Source: Schmidtea polychroa
Lineage: Eukaryota
Length of the DNA stretch: 64,000 nucleotides
Assembly (NCBI GenBank): GCA_044892525.1
Contig: CM097885.1
Span: 39,930,001 to 39,994,000, forward strand
Direction: 5' to 3'
The position numbers and the translations under genes are program-made. The notes under the pieces are model-generated. The model worked only from the letters and a program-made list of their open reading frames with translations. It did no database searches and was not told the origin of the DNA. Shown piece by piece: positions 1-31,356 of this stretch. Positions within the stretch are counted from its first letter, which is position 1, and every line of letters starts with the position of its first letter.

Positions 1-73
<73 letters not shown>
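1..73. repeat. (TAA)n microsatellite
   Basis: Read directly. Confidence 0.95.
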
Positions 74-3000
74 CAATAAATTTGTGTTAATCAATTCTAT
101 CACGTGACTCATATTATGCCACAATATCACTGTCATAATTTGTATGATAACTTACATTTTAAGCTTAATTCGGTATTATGCATTTGAGTTAAAAATTCAT
201 TTTGTTTTTTGAATAATGTATTTATTTTTGACTTTAATACAATGTTTTGAAATTTGTAGAAAGCAACCGTACATGACGGTATCTTTTCAAGGATTTCCTG
301 TCAAATTTATGAGATATAATTTCGTTCTTACATGTAAAATGCGTCTAAGACATTTAAAATTAAGAAATTTGAGGAACGGAAATAAAATATATAAATGAAA
401 ATATTCAATTTTCACTGATAACTCAATGATAGACATAATTATCGTTTATAATAAAAGAAGGTGCTACGATTCTCTTTTTATAGATGTCTAATTTGTTTCA
501 ATAAAGATAAATCAGATTATTTTCGTTAGAAATTATTTAAATTTTGATGAAATAATGGACTTTGGATTGCGATTCTGTATTTTGAAATTTTATAAAGTTA
601 AACAATATTTCATGATAACAAAAATTATTAAATTATAAAGATTAGAGAAATTGGCATAAACATGAAATTATTTAAAAATTTTGTTTTAATTAATATATCT
701 TAAGAAACTAATTTGGAAATTATATCAAAACCCAATCAAAAGGCAGATAATTAACATTAGAAAGATCAAAATCTTCAAATTCACATTCACTTTTACATAG
801 TCGAAAATTTTCGTTTTTAGATAACTTGAGACTTATAATATTTTTTACGAATTATATCTACCCGTTGTGTTTGGAAATAAATATTTCTGAGTTCCACACC
901 TAACAATTTTACTATAGCGAAATCCTTGCGAACTATTCCTGCACAGTGAAACATGTTATATACGACATGTACATAGTAGTCACTCGTTGACGTTGATACA
1001 TATAACTAGGTAGAAATTCGGACACTGCAGAATGACCATCTGAAGCAATGTAAATGCGAATAATTATAGCGAAGGGCCATTTTTGGACCTGGAATTTTGT
1101 TCAGGAATTTATGGTATGTCAATCTGAATCTCTTTAGTGAAGAGGTATTTAGATCCTAAGATTTTTGTACAACAATTTAAGATACGACGAATTCTGAGAA
1201 ATTAAAGTCAATTATGGTAATAATTTATGTAAATATTTATTAAATCTAAAAGGATATATATGTTACAAAACGATTCAAAATAAATAAAACCCAACACTGG
1301 CTGTGCGCTGAAGTTCAGATAACGACTATTCAAACCACCCTAAAGATTATCAAGGCTGGGCATAAATGCGCCAACAGCCCGATATAGGTGTTAAACACAA
1401 GACGAGGATAATTCCCACAAATTTAAGCGCGATAATCTTAATCCCAGAAACGGATAAGACTTATATTTGATATCAAAGCGAAACAGCAAAAAACGCCTGC
1501 TGACGCTAAATTCCCTTTTAAAAAGTTATTTACAATTATATTAAAATTTACCAAGTTTATTGACAGGTCTCTTTCCTAATGAATTTCTCCTGTGTGATTA
1601 ATTCCAATATAGCAGATACGAAAACCCGAATAGGTTGTTAATAGCTAAAAAGAAATTTCCAAAATGAAATTCCAACACGATGAAATAGATTGGATCACTA
1701 TTTATCGATAAATATGTTACGATTTTGATTTGATTATAGCATCACAAATATCTAATTTTGTTTATGGAGAGCATTCTAGGTAATTGAATATGATGTCTCA
1801 AACTTGTGCTCGTTGGTAGCCAAATTCCAATATGATTTCTTTCAAATTTTCGACTAACTTTTCTCTGTCTAATTTTTTGTCACCTAACTAAAATTTTGTA
1901 CTGATATTTATATTATTTTAAAACACTTAACTCTGTTTTTAATAATTGTTTAATTACTAAATATATGTAATTATATTTATTAAAATACTATTATTATTTA
2001 TAATCTATAAATAGTAATTTTTAATTATTATTTATATTTTAATTCTAACTATAGTAATTATTTTCTATTTTAAGTAATTATTAAATACTAATTATAGAAT
2101 ATTTATTTATTTTTCTAAAAATCTATTTATATCTTTATCCCGGCTCCTATTGAACCCCAACAATTTGACAATTTTGGAATTTCGGTGATCGTTGATTTTG
2201 TGATCGTGCTTTGCGTGCTTAGTTTTTTTAATGACAACGTATATTGTACTCCTTTCACACAGCTATTATGTCAATAGATATTAAACACCATTTTGCCATT
2301 TGATTCTATAACGAAATAATTTGCACTCTGTTATGCTTTAAAGGCCCAATATACGAAGTCTACTTTTATCTTCATATTTGTTCTTGGGAGTGGCATGGCT
2401 ACGATAGGTAATAAATAAAATTAAATGAAAAAAGAACCAATATAGCAGAGCACCGTAAGAAGCAATACCGTATGCGCAGCTAAAAGAAAACTTGTCGCAA
2501 ATAACTAAATTAAACACGAGAGAACTGGCAACAGACGGCAATATTAGTTAGTATGTAATTCAATTTATTTAAAAATTTGAACAATATTTATGAATAATAT
2601 CATTCCTTGGGCCATATTAAAAAAGTCGATAAGCCATAGTTTGTCGACGCCTGATATAGATAAAGTAAATTTATTACCCATTTATGTTTATTAAAAAAGT
2701 CTGAAGAAAAATAAAATGTTTGTTATACCCAAATAGCCTTGCTCCAGTTTGGGCATCTGCAATTTTTGCAAAAATAGTAAACGCATTAAAATATTTTAAT
2801 AAACATATCAAGTTTAATAATAATTTTAAATAATAGATTTCAATTTTTGCATGGATTGGACTTTTCAAACGTTTGTAATTAAATGGTTTATCAATTGAAT
2901 TTTCATATTTTTTGACAGTATTGCTACTCTTAAAGGTTAAATTTTGCATGAATACATTAAAATCTAGGACTGTTTCTATTAAATGTCCTTGGAGGTCTTA

Positions 3001-3375
3001 ACCAAATCCAGGAAGTAGAAAGTATTAAAAAAACATCGTACTACAGTAGACAAAAGTAACTGTTCTGGCTTGCCACTTGAAACTAATTACATGAATGAAC
3101 ACCCATCAGTTGTAAGTTAAAATGCTTTAAAACATTCAGTTGAAGAAAACCCGACACTGAAATTCGGAAGGTTTCCAATGAGACAGAAAGAGGTTTAGTA
3201 ATCAAAGCTAAGTTTTCCAGATATCGTCAAAACATCTATGTTTCAGTTAATGGCATCACAATTCTGGGTTGATTACTTAAGACGCGAATGCCATGAGTTT
3301 TTTGACCATAACCACATAAAGTGCTATTGACAGGGAATTGGACCACTGGAAAAAAATGAATATCATTGAATAGGA

Positions 3376-3452
<77 letters not shown>

Positions 3453-4237
3453 TTCAAATATAAAGAAACAGAAGAAAACAATTTGAAGCAATAAAACAAC
3501 TGAAATCATTTAGTATATTTGTTTCAAATTAAATTGTACCCAACTAAATTGGTTTGAAAGTTAAACGAATTTTGAATTTTCATCTTTGTTTTGTTCTTTC
3601 AATTCGTGATATTTTTTTGCTATTGGAGAAGTTTTTCTAATGTATTTAATATTTGGGACCCAGCGCGATTGCACTTAAGAAAGTACGGTGCTTGTTTTTT
3701 AAACCTTTTTCAAGCCCATTCATTATTATTTTTCTATTTACTTTCAAGTCTACCCATTATACCGTCCTTTTAATTATTAATTTTAGTGATTATTAACGAT
3801 TTTTTAGATATTTGCTTAATAAATGTGACCTTTGCACTTGAATAATTATAATGGATGTAGAAAATCGATTTTATTACCATTAGTAATACTTTCTAAAATA
3901 ATGATTTAAGTATTAATTTTATAATATTATTTGTTATTCGAAATTCAATTCACCGAATTTGGAAATTTATCGGTTTGTGATCAAAAAATTCATATGATTT
4001 CCATAATAATTTTCTATTGATATTTAACTCTTACAATAGAATGTCAAAAACATTTCTTTTCTTGAGCGGTTTTCAAAGAGATTGTTTTTAGGGGTTCCAA
4101 AAATTGCACTTGTTAGGATAGCACTACAAATGGTAGGGCATATAGTTGGGGCTCTAGCCGACAAGTCACCCCTTATGGAAAATACACTTGTTTTAAAAAT
4201 TATAATTTTCATGAATTTTAATTTTAATTTATTTCAG

Positions 4238-19838
<15,601 letters not shown>

Positions 19839-19977
19839 ATCAAATTATTATACTCATAAAAATTTTTGTGTGCCTATTCCTTATGTAACTTTATTGAAAT
19901 TACTTTCAGAAATTAAATTTTTTAAGAAAAAAAATTAATTTTTCCGTTTTTAATTTTTAATACAGTTATTTATCAAT

Positions 19978-19983
19978 AATAAA
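19978..19983 (+). promoter_or_regulatory. Candidate polyadenylation signal of the myosin I gene
   Basis: First AATAAA seen about 140 nt after the stop codon; weak evidence in an AT-rich background. Confidence 0.3.
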
Positions 19984-20098
19984 CCATCAATATGATCATT
20001 TTAGCATGTAAATATTTTATAAACTTTTAATATTGAATCCAGTAAATTATTCTAATTCAATAAATTAACCAGAATTGTAAACATTCATGTATTTATTA

Positions 20099-20272
20099 AA
20101 AAATTGACTATGCATCAGTAAAGATATCGATGATTTTTTTGATATTCATGAATCAAATCACTTGAAAAAGACTGCCGAAAATTCATGAATATAAAAAAAC
20201 ATCGATATCTTTATCGATGTATTTCAATTGAAAAGAAATCGGCGGTGAAAATTAAAAGAAGTTTTTATAATT
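20099..20272 (+). mobile_element. Family B short element (fold-back, degenerate U3-A8 hammerhead)
   Basis: cacTTGAAAAagactgccGAAAatTCatgaatat...aagaaatcggcggtgaaa, preceded by an inverted partial copy. Confidence 0.7.
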
Positions 20273-20547
20273 CATGTGATGATGAAATAAAATATTTATT
20301 ATAAAATAAAACAATAACATTTAAACAAATATTTGATCCTTTATCTTCATTTTTTTTACTATAGATCAATGTCTCATATCTAACACGAGTTCTCAGTTCT
20401 GCCTTTTGAAATATTTGTAAAAGCCAGTGTGTAAAAGCCTTATAAATTATTGATCTATAGTCGAATGAAAAATGAAGAAAACGAAAATTGTAAATAAGAA
20501 CAAATCAATTATTTATTAAAAAAGTTATTATTTCTGAGTTACAATTT

Positions 20548-20835
<288 letters not shown>

Positions 20836-20902
20836 CATAATGTTCATTTGATATTAGCAAGTCGCATTATTTATTCTCAGCACTGTAAACATTCCTGTAG
20901 TG

Positions 20903-21679
20903 CAGTGGTGCCCAACCTAGTGCCCGCGGGCAAAAAAGTGCCCGTGGAGACTTTTTCAAATGCCCGTGGGTGTTTTTCTAAATACGGTTAAAGAAAATAT
21001 CAATTTTTAACATTAAGATGTATAATGTTTCAATGAGAATTACAAGCGCATTTTTAATTTTCGAAATTAAAATTAATCAATCCCAACAATTAATTATTAA
21101 ATGGGAATTCCAAGAAAATTAAATTTTTTCCTACTTTAAATTAAAATTAATTAACTCAAATATCGTTACATCGTTAGTTAAAAAACTCTATTTAAATCAG
21201 TCAACCAAAAACAATCTCTCAGTGTGGACAACAATTTATCCAAATAAAAAAAATAATTTTTGTTTTTACAAAAATGTCTCTCAGCAAAGGGATGTCTCAA
21301 AAAAGAAAACGTGAAGATGAAAAATCTGCGCAGCAAGTGTTAAGAAATAACTGGGAAGAACAATTTTTGTTCACACATTCACAATCATCAAGGCCAATTT
21401 GTCTGATTTGTAATGACACAGTTGCAGTCTATAAAAAATACAATGTGGAACGTCATTTTAATCAGATGCATTCAGAATTCAAAATCAAATACCCAATTGG
21501 ATCTGCAGACAGAACTGACTTTATTTCAAAGAGAAAATCGAAACTTGCAGTTCAGCAAACATTTTTTACCAAAAGACAAAAAAGACAATTTTTCTATTAA
21601 CTAATTTTTCAAAAATGTGCCCGCAAAGACTTTTTCATTTAAATAGTTGCCCACTTGATAAAAAGGTTGGGCACCACTG
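20903..21679 (+). mobile_element. Buster/Charlie-type hAT, internally deleted (777 bp)
   Basis: Perfect 16-bp TIRs CAGTGGTGCCCAACCT / AGGTTGGGCACCACTG; perfect 8-bp TSD CTGTAGTG with central TA. Confidence 0.93.
21274..21600 (+). pseudogene. Truncated Buster/SPIN-type transposase N-terminus (zinc-finger region)
   Basis: WEEQFLF...PICLICNDTVAVYKKYNVERHFNQMH, typical of the GTF2IRD2/SPIN-like N-terminal zinc finger; catalytic domain absent. Confidence 0.8.
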
Positions 21680-24433
21680 CTGTAGTGCATTTAACTTAGA
21701 GGTAATAAATACATTAATTTAGTAGTTAAGTTGCAAATACATTGCTAAATTAAGAAAATTAAAATACATTGTTTTAATATACACTTTCTGTCAATCATCA
21801 TCTCTTTAATCAAGAAAAATGTGTTCAAAACTCTGTAGTTGGAACAATTTGTGGATCAATCAAATGCTTCACCTATATATCGAATGCTCATTTCAAATGA
21901 TAAATCTCGTAAAGTTGCTGCTGATACTTCTAGTCGTCGTCAGATCACAGAAGATGCAGTTAATGGATACGTCAAGTTCAAATAAACAATTGTGCTCGGA
22001 TCATGGAAACTGCACCATAGCAATTGAATATCCAAACAACCAGAAATTAGGAGAATCGTATTCAATGAAATTTAATGCCTTTTTAAATTCGCAAATACCA
22101 AATAAATATGGAATTCAATAGATATATGTTATCGATTAGTATTATGTTCCTACAATTACATTTGGATTGCAAATTGTAAATTGAATTACAGTTAAGTGTC
22201 ACATTTGATAAATGTCATAAGCTGACACTCAGTAGTTATTTGGACAGATAAAAGTTTAAACAAAAATGAATAAAAGTTAATTAATTAAAATTTGGTAACT
22301 GTCATTGGTTACTCTTTATGGGGTTTTAAAAAAGAATTATTCATCTCTTGTGACGCTTATTGAAAATTTGCTGTAATTTGAATTCAACTAATTTGAAGCA
22401 AAACGATATTAAAATTAAAATATTTATATTTTGTGCAAAAAACTGTAACTTGTATTTTTCTGTTAATGTGCTATTTAAAGTTAGATATAAAGTTTATATT
22501 ATAAACTGTAAATGTAACCAAAAGTACATACCCTAATAAAGATTAAAAATATAAATTAGCATTTACTAGTGTGATCCTTAAGGTTTTTTTATTTACTCTT
22601 GAAGAATAGTTGATAAAACAGTGACTAAAATTTGTGCTATATAAGAAAATTAATTTCTCACTTTTATATTCCCAATAAGCTGCTCTTAAATACTGATTGT
22701 AGTGGAGATCGCTTGTACACCCTTAGGCATGATTTAAATAAAATTTATGTACTTTAATTGAAATAAAACTAGGGGTTAAATAATGTATACCTCAAATCTT
22801 TGTACACTTAAAAAATATTAAAAAAAATAATATACGTAATTAACAATAAATAAAATGTCGGTCCATATGTGAGAAATCGATTTTGCAATGCGGTGTTCAA
22901 CATGGTAAAATATTTTTATAGGCTTTCCAGTTTTCCAGTTTATTCGTTGGTGAAATGCTTCTCTAAATACATTCCTATTTCAAAAGTTTTCTTCAGCCTT
23001 ATGTATTCCATTTCTAAAAGAAGGGTACAATTCGATCAAACTCCATACTCTACATTTTAAAAAATCTTTTTTTAGTCCTTGAGAAAATTCAAAGATTCTT
23101 TCTCTTCGATTGAAGGTTTGTCCAATACTTTAAAAATTAAAGATAGAAATAACAAATTTTATGAAGTCGTATTTTGCCGTGAAAATATAACTTTATATGA
23201 AATCGGTGAATATAGATTAAAAAATGAGAAATGAATATAAATATAATGAAAAAAAATTCATTAACCTTTCCTACTAATGCGGATCTTCTGTAGTTGACAA
23301 TCTTTTGACCATTGGAATTTCAGATACCTTTATTTGTAGATTTGCGCTATACTTTTATTTTTAAAACATTTTATAAAAATATGTTTTAATTGATATTTCT
23401 TAATAGTCTTCAAGCGAACTTTTTATTGATAAATTTTATTGACTTGGTGCTACCAAAGTGCTTTTGGTCCTCATTGGGAACTGAATCACCACAAGGCAGA
23501 GTTTGTCATAGATGGATAAATATATTTTTTGCATTGTTACTAAGTTATATATTTTAATTTAAAGTGAACCTGGAGAATAAATCTCCATTAGATTTGTTTC
23601 TTAATCCTAGGAGATGAAAAGGAGGTCCTTCATATGGCATTTTAGAAGAATAGTTAAGACATCAAAGTTGGTAAATTTCTTTTTTTGTCAAATTTTATTG
23701 ATAAAATTAAATTTTAATTAATTTAATTATTTTAACATTCCTAACAGTTTCAGTTGATAATCTACAGAATCGTTTGCAAATAGAAAATTAAAGTGGCTTT
23801 TATGCGTTCCCTAGAAAAAGCAAAAAGAATGCTATAGCAACTATACAGCTAAAAATTCATTGTTCGAAGCATGACAATAAAATTTCAATGGCAAACCTTA
23901 ATTATTAACAATGAAAATAATCAACTGCCTTTATAATGAAACAAATTATAAGATAAAATCAAACAAAAAATAAAAAATATATAAATCTTTACTTTGAAGC
24001 AATGAAAATGTTTCAAAGTAATATATTTCATGAATGTAATTATTTTCCTGACATTACGTAACAAAAAATATCTGAAAGTTATATTTGTCTAATAAAAATT
24101 ACAGAACTAATAAACGTTCGATTATTTAAATGCCAAATGGCATAATATTCGGTTGCTCGGAAAATAGTGGCCAATTTTAATATTATATTTTAGACGAAAT
24201 TAATGACAACAGAAAATGATGGCTTCAAAATGTATTCTTCGTTGCTGTTTCGTAATAAAAAACCTTAATTTTTCGGCATTTCGTCATGAATTTACAAGTT
24301 TTCAAATGCTTTGTTGACAATAATAAATACTTTTAAAGTGATGATTTTTAATAAAATGAAAAATATATTTTGCAGCAAAAAGCTTGTATAATCATTTTCT
24401 CTGTTTAATAGATATTTTTCGTAGGTATACTTC

Positions 24434-24570
24434 ATATTCACTTGAAAAAGGCAGTGCCGAAAATTCTTGAATATCAAACACGTAGATATATAACTGATTT
24501 CAAGCTCTTTCTAATAAATTCAATGGGAAAAAAATCAGTGGTGAAATTGGAAAAAAAAGTTCTTATGTTT
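24434..24570 (+). mobile_element. Family B short element with U3-A8 hammerhead motif
   Basis: atattcac-TTGAAAA-a-ggc-agt-gcc-GAAA-at-TC-ttgaatat followed by the family B tail. Confidence 0.75.
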
Positions 24571-24612
24571 ATCTATATTGTTTCTCTTTTGGATGCCTTT
24601 ATACTGTTTTTC

Positions 24613-24775
<163 letters not shown>

Positions 24776-25934
24776 GTTATTATTATTATTATTATTAAAC
24801 AATTAAAAGATAATTTAAAGATAAATGCTGCGAATTTTTTTTTGCTGCGAATTATATATTTAATAAAAACGAAAATTTTTTTATTGTTTTGTTTTGAATT
24901 TTAGAGGATATTTAATAAAAAATTTTAAATTCTTTAAAAAAATTTATTTTTAACCAATTAAAAGTATGAAAATGGAAATAAAAGAGAAGATCAAAAGGCA
25001 TTTGAAAATAGAAAAAAACTAAATTCTAGAAAATTGAAAAAAGCTATTCTATAGTTTGAAATTTTTTCATTTTTATTAAATATAAAATTCGAAACAGAAG
25101 GTTTAAATTAAATTTTAATTGTTTAACATTTAATCAATGATTCTAGCAAGAAATCATCACTTTATAATAATTATTATTATTGTTATTATGTTTATTTTAT
25201 TTCAAAGAATTTTAAAGATATTTTAGCATTCGACAGAGAAAATTTTGCATTACACATTTTTCAGCAGCTTAATATTTCTATTCAAAATTCTTATTATAAT
25301 TAGAAGACCTGATTAATTTTTTATGATTTTTCAAGATTTTCAAGGTATTTTCACGACGGTTTTCAAAGTTTTTATGTAGGTCAAAACAAAGTCGTTGATT
25401 TTTCTTCATTATCAAAGTATTTTCACATAAATCTTCACCGTTTTATGTAGGTCAAATCGACTTTAAAAACTGGCCACGGCTGGATCAAAACACACACACA
25501 CACTATTTAGTTTTAATATCAAATATATACAAGTAATTTATACATACAATGGGGGTAGAAATGTGACTGTGTGCGTGTATGTGTGTAATAGGCAATAAAT
25601 AATGAATATTTAAACTGCTTTTTAGAAAATGCATGTAATAATGTTAAAACTTTTGAAAATTATTTATTTTAGATGTCCAGTTTTCCTGTTGGGAACGTAA
25701 TTTTTGACACATCGAAATTTCCTTATAAATTTATTTTTGATAGCATTAATAAATGATCTATGAAATATTAGTCTTTATATGAAATTTTATTAAGAATTCA
25801 TTAAATTGTCTAATACAAAAAACAACTATATTTTGAAAATAAATTAATAATGGAATTAAGAAATTATATGGTATATAAAATCGTTGACCCAAGCGGTAGC
25901 GAAAATATAATAATTGCTACAGATTTTCAAGATT

Positions 25935-25996
25935 CCAAAAGCTCAAAACTAGTCTACTATTGAGATTTGCACTGGGTGTCACAAAGCTTGTGCGTT

Positions 25997-26000
<4 letters not shown>
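25935..26000 (+). mobile_element. Family A element, 5'-truncated copy
   Basis: ccaaaagctcaaaactagtctactattgagatttgcactgggtgtcacaaagcttgtgcgtttata followed by (TAA)n. Confidence 0.8.
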
Positions 26001-26401
<401 letters not shown>

Positions 26402-29400
26402 TAGTAATAATAAAATATATTAAAAGTAATTTAAAAAGACTTTAAAACATTTATTACATTCTATGAAAACTTTCTATAGATAAATATACAGTTCCAATTC
26501 CAGCTGCTATTTACATAAATTTTTATGTTTTCGAATATTTTCGATCAATTTCCTTGATTTTGTGGCATTTTGCATTAAAGTTTCGCTGCCATCATTGTCT
26601 TCTACCAATAGGGAAACTTTGATTCTATTATCTGAATAATAATATTATTATAATTAAAAAATAAAAATAAATTACCTCTACGGACCACTTAAAATAATTT
26701 TCAAAATCTGAGCCAGATTGAATTATCATATTCTTCATATAGAGGAAGCTTATTACGATTTTGCTCCATTTGATTTGATTATCGAATATGTCGAAACCTT
26801 TCTTGAACGATCACATCTTCTGTTCTGCTGTTTCTAAGTTGAGTATAAGGTAATACTGAATTGTCTGGTCGTCAACTATCTTCTCGGAATGTTCCACGAG
26901 TAGCTGAAAGTTCTTGATAATCTCATCATTTTGATCATTTGAAATTAATCCGTTTAATAAATTTATTATGAATGTAGTTTGAAACAGTTTATAAATAATA
27001 TTTGAAGAGATATTATTAATTTTGAGTTTCAATACGAATCTGATTGATAAATTTCTTATTATTATCCCCTGAATAATAATTGTGTGCAAATACGTTCGCG
27101 ATAAACAAGGACATGTGCAATCCAATTGTATGAATGATATGTATAGATTTTCTTCGTCTTTCCATTGACATATAACTGGTTATCAAAGAACCTGTGTATG
27201 TGTTTAAATATAAATTTCTAATTTGTGATTTTCCTCTTAAAATTTGCCCGTGTTGACTTTTTCTTATAAAGGGTCCTTACATAATTTTCTTGAATTTTAA
27301 CAAAATTACATTTATTTTCTTAAAAGTTACTGAAATATCCATTATTCATTGCCCATTACACACATATATACACACAATTACTTTTTTCACCTCCAATATA
27401 TGTGTGAATGACTAATATATATTTTATATTAAAACTACCTACTTATTTTTTATTTGACCTACATTGATCCAGCGGTGGGCTGTTTTTAAAGTCGATTTGA
27501 CCTACATACAACGGTGAAAATTTGTGTGAAAAAAACTTTGAAACTGATGAAAAATCAACGAATTTAATTTGACCTACATAAAAACTGTGAAAACCTTCGT
27601 GAAAAACCATAAAATTTGAGTTTACCTACATTTACCTTTAGAAAGCGACAGTTTTCAATTAATTGGTCATTTGCCATTACAATTAACAAACCATAAAAGC
27701 ATTATTTTAATAAATGGACATTTCTCTCAAGGAACCGGTATTTTCCCAAATCCAGTTATTTGCTGATTTCACCAGAACGAGAAGTGAAGAAACTTTAAAA
27801 ATATTTATCACATTATATAAAATGTAAATAAAAATTTATAAGACTTTGATTTATGAATTTTACTATATTTACGATATGTCTGTACTTTTTACCAAATGTT
27901 TGAGGGTTTTTTATTCATCTTTTCTAAACTTCATTGTATATTTCGTCATTTTAACATGTACAATGTACAAAATAAAACTCATGTACATTAGCAAGCATTC
28001 ACATGGAGGATACAAATTAGTTTTATCTAATCACTTAGAAATGAGATTTCCTGATGATGAATTAAAAAATTTGATATCACCATTAAGAAAAGAAGACTTC
28101 TATAAAAGGTGAAGACAATTCTGAACCTAAATGCTTAATTGCATTAAAATCTAAGACAGGAACAATTAAAACCTTTGGTAACAGTGTAGAATATGTTCTG
28201 CAAAATTGGATAGTAATGAGTGCTGACTATCATCATAGTTATACAGAATTTACCACCAGAATTATGTATTTTGATATATAATTATTCATATTAATTGGAA
28301 ACGCATCCTGAACTATTCCAATACATCTTCCAACTTTCAGTATTTCATGACCCCGGAGCAGATAAATTTTAAGATCATGAATTTATCGTCCAATAAAATT
28401 CCATTTACAATTTCGTTTATTTTTATTTCTTTTAGATAATATATCAATTTTCATTTAACACTAATTTTTGACACAACCTTTTCCAAATGTTCAATTTATT
28501 TGACAAATTATTCTTATATACCCCCTACTTGGTTTGCTGTGAATATTAATATACAGCCAAAATAATTAGTAAATAATAATAAATAGTACAAAATTCACCA
28601 TTAAATATTTACAAAGTAATATAAATGCAATGATTAAAAAAGTGTCAATTCCTCAGACGTTATTTACTAACTTAATACAAAAATGAAAGAAAACAATATC
28701 TCACTGCATTTGTTTATTCTATTTATTGCAAATGTTAACAAAATATTTTCAATTTGAATACGCCTAGAAAAGGCTAGCATACAAATTTTTGTTTAATTGC
28801 ACATAAAATTTTTATTTTCTATTTGAAATATAATTTTGCTTTTACTTTCGATATGTTCTAATCAATTGTAAAATTCAAGATCTTGTTTTGATTATTACTA
28901 TTATTTATATAATATATTTGTGATACACCAAAGAACAATTATAGATGGTCTAAGTGGCATTGATTTAAAGATTTAATAATATAAATTAATTCCGCCTATG
29001 ATAAATGTATGTATGTGCATTTCATAACTAAAACTAACATAGAACTAAATACATGACATTAAATAATGTCTTACACTACAGCCATATAAAATAATTCATT
29101 GTTAGAAGAAAAATAAACGCCTGCACACAGACACAGTTCACAAAATCTCTATAATAAAAATTACACGCAATTGGACATTTAATAAACTCCAAATTTTTAA
29201 TTTTAAAACATTTAAAATTGAATACACTTGAAGATATATCTGATGCGCTAACTCATTTTTAAACCCAATCGAAAGTGCATGTTGAAAGGGCTAAAGTTCT
29301 CTTATCTCCTGGATTTAGCAGAATGAGCTTCAATAACAGATTTTATGCAAAATGTCAAGCAGTTAATGAATAACTCCAAAACCCAGATTATAGTAATTTG

Positions 29401-29789
29401 AGAAATTTATATCATCACATTAAAAGGATATACCCTAAAGTTCATTTTGTGATGGGTATAAAAAATTTTAAATATGCCAATTATTATTTGTTGATTGAAA
29501 TAACATTAAATTAAAATAAACAAAAATTTAAATTATGTAAAATATATGTATTTTTAATATAACTTATATTTTTTTAATTTAAATAATTTAAATAATAAAA
29601 TCAATAATTTTTAAAATAAATAAACTGCTTTCGATAAGATTCATAAGAAAGACGTAATAAAGCCATTATTAAATTGTACTAGACGTCATATGTATAAATA
29701 AAAATAATTAAAAAGAGTAGTTTTAATTTATACAGCCAATTATGATTTTAATTGTTAAATAAGTTTGGTTAAATTACAAATCTATGTTT

Positions 29790-29843
29790 TTTCGTTGCGG
29801 GCCGCCAAATGTAACGCAGCGGGCCGCGTGTTTGAGACCCCTG
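29790..29843. mobile_element. Charlie-type hAT terminal fragment
   Basis: gcgggccgc...gcgggccgcgtgtttgagacccctg (reverse complement of a CAGGGGTCTCAAAC terminus). Confidence 0.6.
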
Positions 29844-31356
29844 CCCTAAACGAATGATGAACCAAGGCATTTTAGAAATGTATATTTTTTGACTAATAAA
29901 ATAAATATATAATGTCTTTTATCAGAAAAACTAAAGAATAAATTATTTAATTACATATATAAGTTAACATAAAAAATTGCCATTAATATTAATATTAAGA
30001 TAAAGGGCAATTGACTGGATTTCATTAAATGTCACTTTAGTCATTATTATTTGTGTTTTAATGTAAAATTTCTATAAAATATGAACTAGTGATATGCACT
30101 AGATATATTTTTAATTATAATTAAATAATTAAATCAATCGCCAAAAATGTATTTTTTTAAAATATTTCTAAAACAAATATTATAAAAAATAATGAATATT
30201 TAACTTAATTTTAACTCAAAAGTAATACCTACGATGATATTTCGTCATTTTCATGACAATAGTTTCTTTAAAATTACATTAAAAACATTTTCAGCGATCT
30301 TTTTTTTTCTTAAGATTGTCTAAAATAAAGTTATTATAGAAACGTATTTCAGCGGCGCATTTCTATATATCGAAAGTTTGCATGTGTTTTTAGTATGTGT
30401 TGTATTTGTGTGCAGTATTTAATTTTTCAAACACTTTTTAGATTTCGATAGTGAAAGTCGTATCTCATTGCACTATAAATGAGAACATCAGCGTGAAATC
30501 AAAGTAAATATCTATGTTTATATAATGTAAGATTATTGTTTTTTTTCATATATTATAGGAAAAGTATTTGAGTGGTTTCTGGTGTATTAGGGAAACACAC
30601 AAACTTACCTCTGTGTAAGAATTTAAAATTGCAATGAAAAAAAACTAAAATATAGAAATTGAGAAAGTGGAAGATAAAACAATTTTAACACACAAGCACA
30701 ACACAATAAAAATTGCCTGTAAACTTTTAATACAAAGAAATATTTTAATGAATAAAAACTGTTAACATTTAGCTAACATATTATTATTTCCAATTTATCA
30801 AAAAACATGGTGGAAAAAACCTTTGAGGTAGATTCGGAAAACCCTACTTTGAGTTATAGAGAAAAAATGACGAAAAAACTTCGTAAAATTTATTCATAAA
30901 ATTATTATAAATTTAATATTTCTATAGAATTTCCAATATTTTTTTTCAAATTCTGTCTTTTTATAAAGAAATGACAAACATTTGAAATATTCAAGTAGTT
31001 TTTTCTACGGTAGAAAGAAGAGGTTAATTAGTGCCTGCTTCAAGTAATATCTTTAAGCAACAGTAATAGTAGAATGTTCAAATAAATATAAAAGTTTAAT
31101 TCAATTTTAAATTAAAATAAAGAAAAAGATTGTAAAAAGTCAATATGTAAATTATTCAAAACAACGCCGTTAAATATCATAAAAAGATATTTGATGAGGA
31201 AAATGTATAATAAACGAATTTAAAATTTTAATCATTAATATTCAAGTAAATATTCAACTTAACCTGTATACCAATTCTAACCAAATTTTATAACCGATTT
31301 CAATACAAATTTCAATGAAATATCTTGAAATTAATTTTTACCACTCTAAACAAATT

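Noticed and set aside
860..1830. GC-richer block considered as 5' myosin exons or an LTR element
   Set aside because: No GESGAGKT or other myosin N-terminal motif and no recognisable gag/pol motif.
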